This document shows, one piece after another, positions 51,825-60,551 of a stretch of DNA of 64,000 bases. The DNA comes from an uncultured Solirubrobacteraceae bacterium. GTDB taxonomy: Bacteria > Actinomycetota > Thermoleophilia > Solirubrobacterales > Solirubrobacteraceae. Numbering within the stretch: position 1 is the first letter of the stretch; every line of letters starts with the position of its first letter. The position numbers and the translations under genes are program-made. Where the stretch lies: positions 160,001 through 224,000 of the forward strand of contig CAZPQW010000001.1 in assembly GCA_964588985.1 (NCBI GenBank), read 5' to 3'. The notes beneath the pieces are model-generated. The model worked only from the letters and a program-made list of their open reading frames with translations. It made no database searches and had not been told where the DNA came from.

Positions 51825-51842
51825 CGGCGGCCCTGTGACGCG

Positions 51843-52688
51843 TCAGCCGAGTTTCTTGGGGTGCGATTTTTTGGCTTTCTTCGCGCACGTGTGGTAAGAG
51901 CGGGTGGCCGACAGATGGTGCCCGAGGACCGTCGTCGCCGCGATCTTGATCGTGAACTTGCCAAGCGGGAAGCCCTTGAGGTTGATCGTCGCGACGATGT
52001 AGTTGCCCTTGCGCGCCGTCCTGATTTTTTTGCCCTTGATCGATACGAGCACCTTCTTGAAGGGGTCGTATTTCGGGTCGAGCAGGTGGATGCGGAAGAG
52101 CCTCGCGCTCAGGCACTTCTTGCTGCTCGGCAGCGACAGAGTCTCTTTCAGGCCGGCGGTGCCGGAGTTCCCGGTGGGCAGGGGAGCGATCAGAGCGGAG
52201 CTCGTGCAGCCATAGCTGGCGCCGACGCCCGGGCTGCCGGACGGGATGCTCGGCGTTCCGGTACCGGGGCGGCTCAGGCATACGCGCAGGTAGCGCGACC
52301 CGCTGGCTTCTTCGACCACTCGCCACGCCGTGGGTCCGACGAACGTCGGGTCTTCAGTGCAGTCTTCTCCGGATGTCGTGCTTTTGAACCACTGGTGGGA
52401 GCCTAGGTAGGAGCCGTCCGGTTGGAGGGTGATTTCTTTCCAGATCTTCTGTCCGGCGGGGTGGGTGCAGGTCGCGAACTTTGTCGGCGAGACGACGACG
52501 CCTTCGAACTTCCCGTTGCCTTCCGGCTGGATGGCGATCTGGCCGCCGTTGAAGGACCAGATCCCTTCGATGTTCGTCGTCGCAGCTGTGGCTACGCCGG
52601 CGGTGAGCAGGAGGATGGTCGCGGCGATCGCCAGTAGCAGCGATGAGCGGCGCCTTGTGCGTGTGGGAGTGTTCTGAGTTCTAGGCAT
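51843..52688 (-). CDS. Secreted hypothetical protein with Lys-rich C-terminal domain
   Basis: Signal peptide RRRSSLLLAIAATILLLTAGVATA; several Cys; C-terminus ...RSYHTCAKKAKK. Confidence 0.8.
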   Translation of the reverse strand: MPRTQNTPTRTRRRSSLLLAIAATILLLTAGVATAATTNIEGIWSFNGGQIAIQPEGNGKFEGVVVSPTKFATCTHPAGQKIWKEITLQPDGSYLGSHQWFKSTTSGEDCTEDPTFVGPTAWRVVEEASGSRYLRVCLSRPGTGTPSIPSGSPGVGASYGCTSSALIAPLPTGNSGTAGLKETLSLPSSKKCLSARLFRIHLLDPKYDPFKKVLVSIKGKKIRTARKGNYIVATINLKGFPLGKFTIKIAATTVLGHHLSATRSYHTCAKKAKKSHPKKLG

Positions 52689-52774
52689 TGCTCTATCAAC
52701 GCGGGGCCGATTCGATTCTTCCACGCATCCGAGTGGGGGCTCGGGGCCGCTCGCTTGTATGCTCGGTTCGACGC

Positions 52775-53530
52775 ATGCGCAACTGCATCATCCTCGGCTC
52801 GGGCCGTAGCGGGACGAGCATGCTCGCGGGCATGTTGCACGGCGCCGGGTATTACATGGGCGACCAGCTGCTCGAGCCCACGCCCGCAAACCCGAAGGGC
52901 TATTTCGAGAGCCAGGAGGTCAACCTCCTCAACGACGAGCTCATCGCGTCCATTGTGCCCGTCAGGCCGCGAGTGCCGCTCGGATGCCTGTTCCCCTGGC
53001 GACTGCCGGCTGGCCTGCTGTGGTTGGCGAGCATCGACGCCGACGTGCAGATACGTCCGAGCCCCGAGCAGCTGAGTCGCATCCGCGGGCTCGTCGCCAA
53101 AGAGCCGTTCTGCTTCAAGGATCCCCGCTTCTGCTACACGTTGGACGCATGGCGTCTCGCGTCGGAGGACGTCGTCTTCCTGTGTGTGTTTCGAGAGCCG
53201 GGCCGCACGGCGACGAGCATGAGGCAGGACGTTCGCGACAGGCCCTACCGCGGTTTCTACCTGACCAGAGCCCGTGCGCTACGGGTGTGGACGTCAATGT
53301 ACGAGCACGTGCTCCAATCATCAGGACAAGACGGAAGATGGCTGTTTGTCCACTATGATCAGATCCTCGACGGCAGCGCGATGGCTCGCATCGAAAGCGC
53401 TGTTGAGGCCGGGGTCAGCAGCAGCTCGATCGATCCCAGCCTGAAGCGCTCTCGCGACGACTCAAGCCATCTGCCACAACGTACGATCCAGGTGTATCAG
53501 CGACTGTGCGAGCTTGCCGGAGCGAACTGA
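52775..53530 (+). CDS. Sulfotransferase family protein
   Basis: GSGRSGTS, NPKGYFE, FKDPRF, FREP. Confidence 0.88.
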   Translation: MRNCIILGSGRSGTSMLAGMLHGAGYYMGDQLLEPTPANPKGYFESQEVNLLNDELIASIVPVRPRVPLGCLFPWRLPAGLLWLASIDADVQIRPSPEQLSRIRGLVAKEPFCFKDPRFCYTLDAWRLASEDVVFLCVFREPGRTATSMRQDVRDRPYRGFYLTRARALRVWTSMYEHVLQSSGQDGRWLFVHYDQILDGSAMARIESAVEAGVSSSSIDPSLKRSRDDSSHLPQRTIQVYQRLCELAGAN

Positions 53531-53557
53531 CCCCACATACTGGCGCTTTCGAGGACC

Positions 53558-54511
53558 GTGACCACACAGCAGCAGACAGCAACGACGCTACCGATCTGCG
53601 TCATCATCCCGGTCTACAACCGCGCGCATCTCCTGGAGCGCGCCATCGGGAGCGTCTGGGCACAGAGACCGATGCTTCCGGCGGAGGTCCTCGTGGTGGA
53701 CGACGGATCCGACGACGACACGCCTGAGGTGGCAAAACGGTTCGGGGCCCGGATCGTCAGCCATCCCGAGAACCTGGGTCTGGCGGCCGCACGCAACACC
53801 GGGCTGCGTTCGACGTCGCAGCCGTGGGTGGCGCTCCTGGATTCCGACGACGAGTGGCTGCCCGGCCATCTCGCCCACCTCTGGCGCATACGAGACGACC
53901 ACGCGCTCGTCGCCGGCGCGGCTCTGCGCTGTGGTGTCAACCCCAACGACGACCGGTACCACGGTCCGAGCGGCAAGAAGCCGAAGATCCTCCACTCCGG
54001 CGATCAGCTCGTCGTCCCCGAGAACATCATTCCCGTGAGCGCTTCGATGATCAAGCGCGAGGTCGCCATTGAGGCCGGTGGCTTTCAGGCTCGGCACGGC
54101 GTCACCGAGGATCTGGACCTCTGGCTGCGCGTGCTCGCCAACCACACGGCCATCTGCTCCCCGGAGGTCAGCATCATCTACCACATGCACGGCGAGCAGA
54201 TGTCGTCCGCGCTGTCGCAGATGCTGCTCGGCCACTATGCGGCGGGCGAGGCTCACAGGGTGCGGACCGACGGGTCGCGGATACCGATTCGGCGATGGGA
54301 GGGCGCCTCGGCGTTCTACAACCTGCGCGACGCCCAGCTGTCCGGCGAACTGGGGCGGATGATGCGATGGGGGCTCTACATCCTCGCTAGGCCCTACCGC
54401 CTGAGGGGCTCGCTCGAACTGGTGGCGCAGCGCTACAACGGGATCCGGCGCGCCTCTGCCCTGCGGGCGGCTGGCGTCGGGCCGAATCGCCGTGGGAGCG
54501 AGAGGGCGTGA
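53558..54511 (+). CDS. Glycosyltransferase family 2
   Basis: IIPVYN, VVDDGSDD, AARNTG, LLDSDDEW, EDLDLWLR. Confidence 0.92.
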   Translation: MTTQQQTATTLPICVIIPVYNRAHLLERAIGSVWAQRPMLPAEVLVVDDGSDDDTPEVAKRFGARIVSHPENLGLAAARNTGLRSTSQPWVALLDSDDEWLPGHLAHLWRIRDDHALVAGAALRCGVNPNDDRYHGPSGKKPKILHSGDQLVVPENIIPVSASMIKREVAIEAGGFQARHGVTEDLDLWLRVLANHTAICSPEVSIIYHMHGEQMSSALSQMLLGHYAAGEAHRVRTDGSRIPIRRWEGASAFYNLRDAQLSGELGRMMRWGLYILARPYRLRGSLELVAQRYNGIRRASALRAAGVGPNRRGSERA

Positions 54512-54578
54512 GGCCTGCCGGGGGCGCCCCGGTGCGCACCGCCGCGTCGATGCGATCCCGGGCGACGTAGGCCCGCGA

Positions 54579-55571
54579 TCAGCTCTCGAGCGACTGCTGC
54601 AGCTTCTCCAGCACCCGCACCACCCGTAGGCCGCTGTGTCCGTCCGAGCGAGGCGTGGTCCCCGTGCGGATGCACTCGAGGAAGTGCTCGCACTCGATTC
54701 GCAGCGGCTCGACGTTGGGGATGCGCGGCGAGAAGGTGTCGCCTGAGCGGGCTATGTACTCCCCCCACGAGCGCGTGTCCTCGTCGAAGCCCTTGTCGTA
54801 GATCGTGAGCTTGCCCTCGATCAGCATGTCGTCGAACGTCGCCATCCGGCGCGCGCCCACCACGGTGATTCGCCGCTCCTTGTGCGGATCCAGCCACGAG
54901 AGGTGCAGGTGCGCGACGATCCCCGAGGGGAAGCGCAGGTAGCAGAACACCACGTCCTGGATGCCTTCTCGTACGTAGGAGGCGCCGTGCGCGGTGCACT
55001 CCTCCGGCTCTTCGCCGATCAGATGCAGGGCGACTGAAACGTCGTGCGCGCCGAGGCTCCACAGCGCGTTCTCGTCGGCGCGCAGCTTGCCCAGGTTCAG
55101 GCGGTTGCCGTATATGTAGTAGAGGTCGCCGAGCTCTTCGCCGTCGATCAGCTCCTTCAGGCGCGCCACCGCCGGGTGGTACTCGAGCAGGTGGCCGACC
55201 ATCAGGATCCGCTCCGCGTCCGCCGCGGCCGCCACCGCACGTTCGGCGTCCGCCGCGTTCGTGGCCAGTGGCTTCTCCACGAAGCAGTGCTTGCCGGCGC
55301 GCGCCACAGCGATTGCCAGCTCGGCGTGCGTGGGCACGGGCGTGGCCAGGATCACCGCGTCGAGCTCGCCGTCCTCGAGCAGGTCCTCGAGCCTGCCGGT
55401 CGGGCGCGCGTTCGGGAAGGAGCGCGCGAGCTTCTCGCGCGCCTGCTCGGAGGCGTCGCACAGCCATGTCAGCTCGCAGCCGGGAATCGAGCCGAAGTTG
55501 CGCGCGAGGTTCGGGCCCCAGTAGCCGAGGCCGACCACGCCGACGCGGATCGGGGTCGAGGCGTCGCTCAT
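54579..55571 (-). CDS. Gfo/Idh/MocA oxidoreductase (nucleotide-sugar dehydrogenase-like)
   Basis: GVVGLGYWG, VEKP, VGH, SLGAHD, SWLDP.K.R. Confidence 0.92.
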   Translation of the reverse strand: MSDASTPIRVGVVGLGYWGPNLARNFGSIPGCELTWLCDASEQAREKLARSFPNARPTGRLEDLLEDGELDAVILATPVPTHAELAIAVARAGKHCFVEKPLATNAADAERAVAAAADAERILMVGHLLEYHPAVARLKELIDGEELGDLYYIYGNRLNLGKLRADENALWSLGAHDVSVALHLIGEEPEECTAHGASYVREGIQDVVFCYLRFPSGIVAHLHLSWLDPHKERRITVVGARRMATFDDMLIEGKLTIYDKGFDEDTRSWGEYIARSGDTFSPRIPNVEPLRIECEHFLECIRTGTTPRSDGHSGLRVVRVLEKLQQSLES

Positions 55572-55661
55572 GGAGATACTACAGCTGGCATGGAGGGGTG
55601 GCGCATCGCCTCATAGTCTCCCGTCTGCGGCGGCGGGATGACAGCCAGTCGTGCCGGACGA

Positions 55662-55694
55662 ACGAGGGGAAGGACAGGGGGCCCTTCCCCTCGT
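55662..55694 (-). terminator. Hairpin downstream of the secreted-protein gene
   Basis: acgaggggaagg...ccttcccctcgt 12-bp stem. Confidence 0.6.
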
Positions 55695-55737
55695 AGGTCT
55701 CATCGGGCCGTCTCAGACGGCCATGAGCCGGCGAGCG

Positions 55738-57303
55738 CTACCCGTCGGTCTCCTTCTGGGTGGGCGTCGTGAACGGACCGCCGACCGTCCACTCCAGCGC
55801 GCCTTTCTTGTTGTAGACGTGCAGCTTGATCGTGTCCGGCCCGGTCGACCCGGCGTCCTCGATCTCGACCCGGAACGTGTAGCCCGGTTTGGCATGGCCA
55901 CCGGTGACGAACGTCCCGATTCCCTTACCGCTGATCGCGTTGAACTGATTCCCATTTGACGGAATGGTCGAGTTCTTGAAGCACCTCGTCGACGTCAGCG
56001 ACGTCAGCCTGAGGAGCCTGCCGTTGCCTCTGACCACGAGGTGCTCCGGCAGTTCAAGGTTGGAATTCAGTAGGTCCTCCGCGTACAGCGTGTGATGCGT
56101 CTTCGTGTCGGTGAACGGGTCGGCCTTGCTGCCGCCTGTCATGGAGCAGCCTTCCGTCGAGGCCACCCAGTGCTTCACGGCCGTCGCCGACTGCAGAGAG
56201 CCGGCGGCGTCGACGAAGCTCGCCTTGATCGTGTCTTCGCCGGCGCCGTTGTCGTCGTGGTAGGTGAACGCGACGTTACCGGAGGAATCCGTCACGCAGC
56301 CGAGCGGCGCACACGTGCCGCTCACGCCCGCGTTCTGCCCGGTCACCGTGAACGTGACCGCCTGACCGGCGAGCGGGGAGCCGCCGCTGGTGAGATGGGC
56401 CGTCACGGTGTGACTGGTCCCGGCCGGGTTCGTGGCTTCGAGCGGCGTCAATTCGATCTGTTCCGATTTCACCACGATCTTAGATCCCGCGATGAGGATG
56501 TAAGCCTCGCCGCATGCTTCCAGCCCTGTGTTGGGATCGACACCGCAGGTCGGATGGCTGGTGGTGTCGGTCGCGACTGAAAGCGCGCTGAATTCAGTTG
56601 GGAACGTCGGGAAGGACTCGTGTACCGAGCATTCCCAGCCCTCGAGGCTTTCGGTTGTCAGTTCCGAAAACGCCGGATTCGACGCGATCAGCGAGACGTT
56701 GCCACCGCACGGCGGTTCCGAGTCGATCGTCCACGAGCCGGGACCGCCATTCAGCGCGGTCGCGATTTCGAGAACCTGGGGAGCCTGGCTTATCTCTCCC
56801 GCGCACGAGGCGTCGTAGTACATGCCCGTGCTCCCGGACTGGGCGCTCGCGAAGCCGATGCCCTCACGGATGATCGTGCCTCTTGCGCCCGGTGCTTCGA
56901 AGCTGCCGCCGTCGTGGAATACCGGATCGGTACCCACGATGACCCTGTTGCCCGCAGACGTTCTGCCGCCGGCGAGTCCCAGCACCACGGGGCCATAGGT
57001 CGAAGCGCTTGCGATGAGGCCGGGCGGTAGCGTGCTGCAAGTCGGGTCGCCGGCGATCAGGACTTGATATTCCCCGAATTCGGCCTGTGTCATGGAGCCC
57101 CAGGTCGCGTCGCTGACCACGTTCACTTCAAATCCCTGTTTCGCGGCGATCATCGCCTCTTGGCTTTCTGCGCCGCCGGTCACCGTCGCTTCGTCGATCA
57201 AGGCTTTCGGTGGCGTCGCCGAAGCCGACGACGCCATAAACGAGCTCATCGCGAACAGCGCCACGATGCAAGCTCCGATCAGCCTGCTGCGTCTCATATC
57301 CAT
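55738..57303 (-). CDS. Secreted protein with Big_1 Ig-like domain
   Basis: Signal peptide ending ASA; HTVTA...G..VTFTV.G.N...TDSSG...FTY...GEDTIKA; Cys-rich N-terminal domain. Confidence 0.82.
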   Translation of the reverse strand: MDMRRSRLIGACIVALFAMSSFMASSASATPPKALIDEATVTGGAESQEAMIAAKQGFEVNVVSDATWGSMTQAEFGEYQVLIAGDPTCSTLPPGLIASASTYGPVVLGLAGGRTSAGNRVIVGTDPVFHDGGSFEAPGARGTIIREGIGFASAQSGSTGMYYDASCAGEISQAPQVLEIATALNGGPGSWTIDSEPPCGGNVSLIASNPAFSELTTESLEGWECSVHESFPTFPTEFSALSVATDTTSHPTCGVDPNTGLEACGEAYILIAGSKIVVKSEQIELTPLEATNPAGTSHTVTAHLTSGGSPLAGQAVTFTVTGQNAGVSGTCAPLGCVTDSSGNVAFTYHDDNGAGEDTIKASFVDAAGSLQSATAVKHWVASTEGCSMTGGSKADPFTDTKTHHTLYAEDLLNSNLELPEHLVVRGNGRLLRLTSLTSTRCFKNSTIPSNGNQFNAISGKGIGTFVTGGHAKPGYTFRVEIEDAGSTGPDTIKLHVYNKKGALEWTVGGPFTTPTQKETDG

Positions 57304-57400
57304 CCCTTTCCAGTACGTTGCCCCCCGCGCGGGCCGCGCGAGCAGGCGCAAGAGTACAGGATGTTGGAACTTTTTGGTTACGCTGATGTGACTGGAGCAG

Positions 57401-58465
57401 CTACAGCGCTGCGATCGCCTCAACACACCGCTCCGCGGCGTGGCCGTCGCCGTACAGCACCGGACGCTCGGCCGGAGCGCCGCGCTCGAGCGCCGCGAGC
57501 GCCGCGTCCGTGTCGAGGTCCACGAGGATGTTCCAGCCGGACTGGACCGTCTCGACCCACTCGGTGTTTGCTCTGAGGGTCACGCAGGGCACCCCGGCAA
57601 GGTACGCCTCCTTCTGGACGCCGCCCGAGTCGGTGAGCACCGCGCGGGCCTGGCACACGAGCGCGCTGAACTCCGCGTAGCCCAGGGGCCCGGCCAGGCG
57701 CACTCCGTCGCTCTGCTCGAGCCGTGCCAGCAGCTTGGCGTCCCGCAGGCGCGCGCGGGTGCGTGGGTGCAGCGGGAAGAGGACCGGGCCTGGAAGGGCT
57801 TGGATGAGCTCCACCAGTCCGTTCAGGCGCTCGGGATCGTCGACGTTGCCCGCGCGGTGGGCCGTCAACAGCAGGTAGTCGCCGGGGCTGAGGCCGTACG
57901 CGGCGGGCACGCCCGCGTCGGCGCGTGCGGCTGGCTGCCAGCGCATCGCCACGTCGACCATCACGTCGCCCACCACCTCGACCGTGCCTGCCACCGACTC
58001 CGCGCGAAGATTGTCAGCGGCGGTCTGCGACGAGCACAGCAGCAGCTCGGCGAGGTGATCGCTGAGCACGCGGTTGAGCTCCTCCGGCATCGAGCGGTCG
58101 AACGAGCGCATCCCCGCCTCCACATGCACGACCGGAACGCCGACCTGCGCGGCCGCAAGCCCCCCCGCGAGCGTCGAGTTGGTGTCGCCGTAGACCAGCA
58201 CCGCATCCGGCGCGATCTCCGCCAGCAGCGGCTCCAGCGCGGCGAGCATCCGCGCGGTCTGTGCGGTGTTGCTGCCGCCGCCGATACCCAGCTCGCGGTC
58301 CGGGCGCGCGAGCCCCAGCTCGGTGAAGAACACCTGCGAGAGCGAGTCGTCGTAGTGCTGGCCGGTGTGCACGAGGATCTCCTCGTGGCGCTCGCGCAGC
58401 GGTCCGGACACCGCGGCCGCCTTGATGAACTGCGGCCGGTTGCCTACGACGGTGAGGATCTTCAC
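57401..58465 (-). CDS. wecB: UDP-N-acetylglucosamine 2-epimerase (non-hydrolysing)
   Basis: GNRPQFIK, HTGQHYD, GDTNST, HVEAG, PEE.NR, TDSGGVQKEA. TAGGCT 6 nt upstream of GTG. Confidence 0.93.
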   Translation of the reverse strand: MKILTVVGNRPQFIKAAAVSGPLRERHEEILVHTGQHYDDSLSQVFFTELGLARPDRELGIGGGSNTAQTARMLAALEPLLAEIAPDAVLVYGDTNSTLAGGLAAAQVGVPVVHVEAGMRSFDRSMPEELNRVLSDHLAELLLCSSQTAADNLRAESVAGTVEVVGDVMVDVAMRWQPAARADAGVPAAYGLSPGDYLLLTAHRAGNVDDPERLNGLVELIQALPGPVLFPLHPRTRARLRDAKLLARLEQSDGVRLAGPLGYAEFSALVCQARAVLTDSGGVQKEAYLAGVPCVTLRANTEWVETVQSGWNILVDLDTDAALAALERGAPAERPVLYGDGHAAERCVEAIAAL

Positions 58466-58524
58466 GCGCTCAGCCTATTTGGCCGCGCACACAGGGGCCC
58501 CGTCCAGGTGGCCCGAGGCGTCCC

Positions 58525-59427
58525 TCAGGCCGCCGCGCCCACGACCGACGTGGACCAGTCGATCACCGCCGTCGGTCGCACCACGTGGCGGTTGAGGCCG
58601 ATTTCCTTGGGGTCGAGGCCGAGCGCCAGGCCCACGAGCTGGGGCAGGTGCAGCACCGGCATGTTCAGCTCACGGCCGACGACACCAGCCGCGGTCGGCT
58701 GCTGCAGGTCGAGGTTCAGGTGGCACAGGGGGCAGGGGGTCACGAGGCAGTCGGCTTCCGCGTCGACCGCGTCGCCGAGGTGGCGGCCGGCCTGCTTGAG
58801 CGAGGCTTCCTTGTTCATGGTGATGATCGGGAAGCCGCAGCACTTGCGCATGCCCGCGTACTCGATCACCGTGCCGCCGAGTGCCTCGATCACCTGCTCG
58901 AGGTAGTGGTCGCGCGGGTTCTCGTCGTCGATGCCGAGGCGGTTGCGCGGGCGGACGATGTAGCAGCCGTAGAAGGGGCCGACCTTGAGGTTGCTCAGCG
59001 GCCGCTTGACCCGCGCGGTGAGGTTCTCCAGGCCGAACTCCTCGACCAGCAGCCATAGGAAGTTCTTGTTCGTGAGGCCCGTCTCGTACGTGAGTCCCTC
59101 CGCGGCGAGCGTCGTGTTGACGTGGTCGCGGTACTCCTTGTTCGCGTCCAGGCGCTCCTGGCACTCGCTCTGCGCGCCCTGGCAGGTGGAGCAGATGTTC
59201 ATCATCATCGCCGCGCCGTCGACCTGCTGGGCGAGCGCGAACGTGCGCGCGTTGAGCGTGTCCGCCAGCTCCTGGTTGTGCTCCGCGATCACGCCCGCAC
59301 CGGTGCAGCACGCGCGGTCCAGTTCGACCAGCTCGATGTCCAGCAGCGGCGCGACCTTCGCCATCGAGCCGTGCAGCTCGGGAGTGAAGCCGCGGCTCAC
59401 GCAGCCGGGCCAGTAGGCGACCTTCAT
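58525..59427 (-). CDS. CCG-domain (HdrB/SdhE-like) subunit of non-classical succinate dehydrogenase
   Basis: YWPGC, CCTG, CSTC, FYGC, CCG, PCPLC. TGATG coupling to sdhB. Confidence 0.9.
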   Translation of the reverse strand: MKVAYWPGCVSRGFTPELHGSMAKVAPLLDIELVELDRACCTGAGVIAEHNQELADTLNARTFALAQQVDGAAMMMNICSTCQGAQSECQERLDANKEYRDHVNTTLAAEGLTYETGLTNKNFLWLLVEEFGLENLTARVKRPLSNLKVGPFYGCYIVRPRNRLGIDDENPRDHYLEQVIEALGGTVIEYAGMRKCCGFPIITMNKEASLKQAGRHLGDAVDAEADCLVTPCPLCHLNLDLQQPTAAGVVGRELNMPVLHLPQLVGLALGLDPKEIGLNRHVVRPTAVIDWSTSVVGAAA

Positions 59428-60551
59428 CAGTTGGCGCTCCCTTCGGGGCTCGCGGCGACGGGCTCCGGGGCCTCGTCCTCGCCGACGATGTACAGGTTCA
59501 GCTCGTAGCGCTCCTCGCGGCTCTCGACCTTGTCGTAGATCGCCTTCACCGCCTTGAGGTCGCTGCTGGGGATCTTGTGCGGTTTGAGGATTCCGCCCAA
59601 CGTCATCTTGCGCCGCAGCAGCCCATAGAAGGCGACCGGCAGCGAAGCCAGCAGCTCCTTGCCGGCGGCCGGCGCGAACTTCCCGAACCACGAGGCGCCG
59701 CCGTAGGAGCGCGGCACCAGCTCCGCCTCCCACAGGATGCCGTTGTCGCGGATCAGCCCCGTGAACGCCGCCTCGTGGCGCTCGCCGTTGTTCTGATCGA
59801 CGATGTGGTGGTCGGAGATCGCGATCCGTCGCAGGCGCATGATCTGGCCCATCGGGTTGACGTCCTTGGGGCACGCCTCGACGCACTTGAAGCAGTGTGT
59901 GCAGTCGAAGATGCCCTGGGGGTCCTGGGCGAGGTCGTTGAGGCGCTCGAACTGCTCGTCGTCGCGCGGGTCGCCCACGAAGCGGTAGGCCTTCGCGAGG
60001 GCGGCGGGGCCGATGAAGCCGGGGTCGACCTCCATCGCGAGGCAGTCTGAGACGCACGCGCCGCACTGGATGCAGCCCATCGCCTGGGTCACGTCGACCA
60101 TCGACTCTTTCGAGACGATGTACTCGCGCTCGGGCACGGGCTGCTTGGCGAGCAGCCACGGCGTGACGCGCTGGATCTTCTTCCAGTGAACAGCGTCCAT
60201 GTCGACGACGAGGTCCTTCAGCACGGGCATGTTGCCCATCGGCTCGATCTCGATCACGCCGTCCTTCGCGCTGCGCTTGGCGGCGTCGAGGTGCGTGTGG
60301 CACGCGAGCGCCGGTTCGCCGTTGACGCGGATACCGCACGATCCGCAGATCGCCTGGCGGCAGGAGCAACGCACGCCGATCGATCCATCAAAACGGTCTT
60401 TCGCCTGCAGGATCGCCTCCAGCACCGAGCGGTGCGGAGCCAGTTCGACGGTGTGCTCGTCCCAGTAGGGAGCCTCGCCGGACTCGGGGTCGTAGCGGCG
60501 CAGTCGGAGGGTGAACTGCTCGGGTGGTTTGTCGTGCGCTTCGGCGGGCAT
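59427..60551 (-). CDS. sdhB: Succinate dehydrogenase/fumarate reductase Fe-S subunit
   Basis: SCRQAICGSC, CIQCGACVSDC, CTHCFKCVEACP. Confidence 0.93.
   Translation of the reverse strand: MPAEAHDKPPEQFTLRLRRYDPESGEAPYWDEHTVELAPHRSVLEAILQAKDRFDGSIGVRCSCRQAICGSCGIRVNGEPALACHTHLDAAKRSAKDGVIEIEPMGNMPVLKDLVVDMDAVHWKKIQRVTPWLLAKQPVPEREYIVSKESMVDVTQAMGCIQCGACVSDCLAMEVDPGFIGPAALAKAYRFVGDPRDDEQFERLNDLAQDPQGIFDCTHCFKCVEACPKDVNPMGQIMRLRRIAISDHHIVDQNNGERHEAAFTGLIRDNGILWEAELVPRSYGGASWFGKFAPAAGKELLASLPVAFYGLLRRKMTLGGILKPHKIPSSDLKAVKAIYDKVESREERYELNLYIVGEDEAPEPVAASPEGSAN

Noticed and set aside
58525-59427. Heterodisulfide reductase / methanogenesis
   Set aside because: No hdrA/C, and it is translationally coupled to sdhB.
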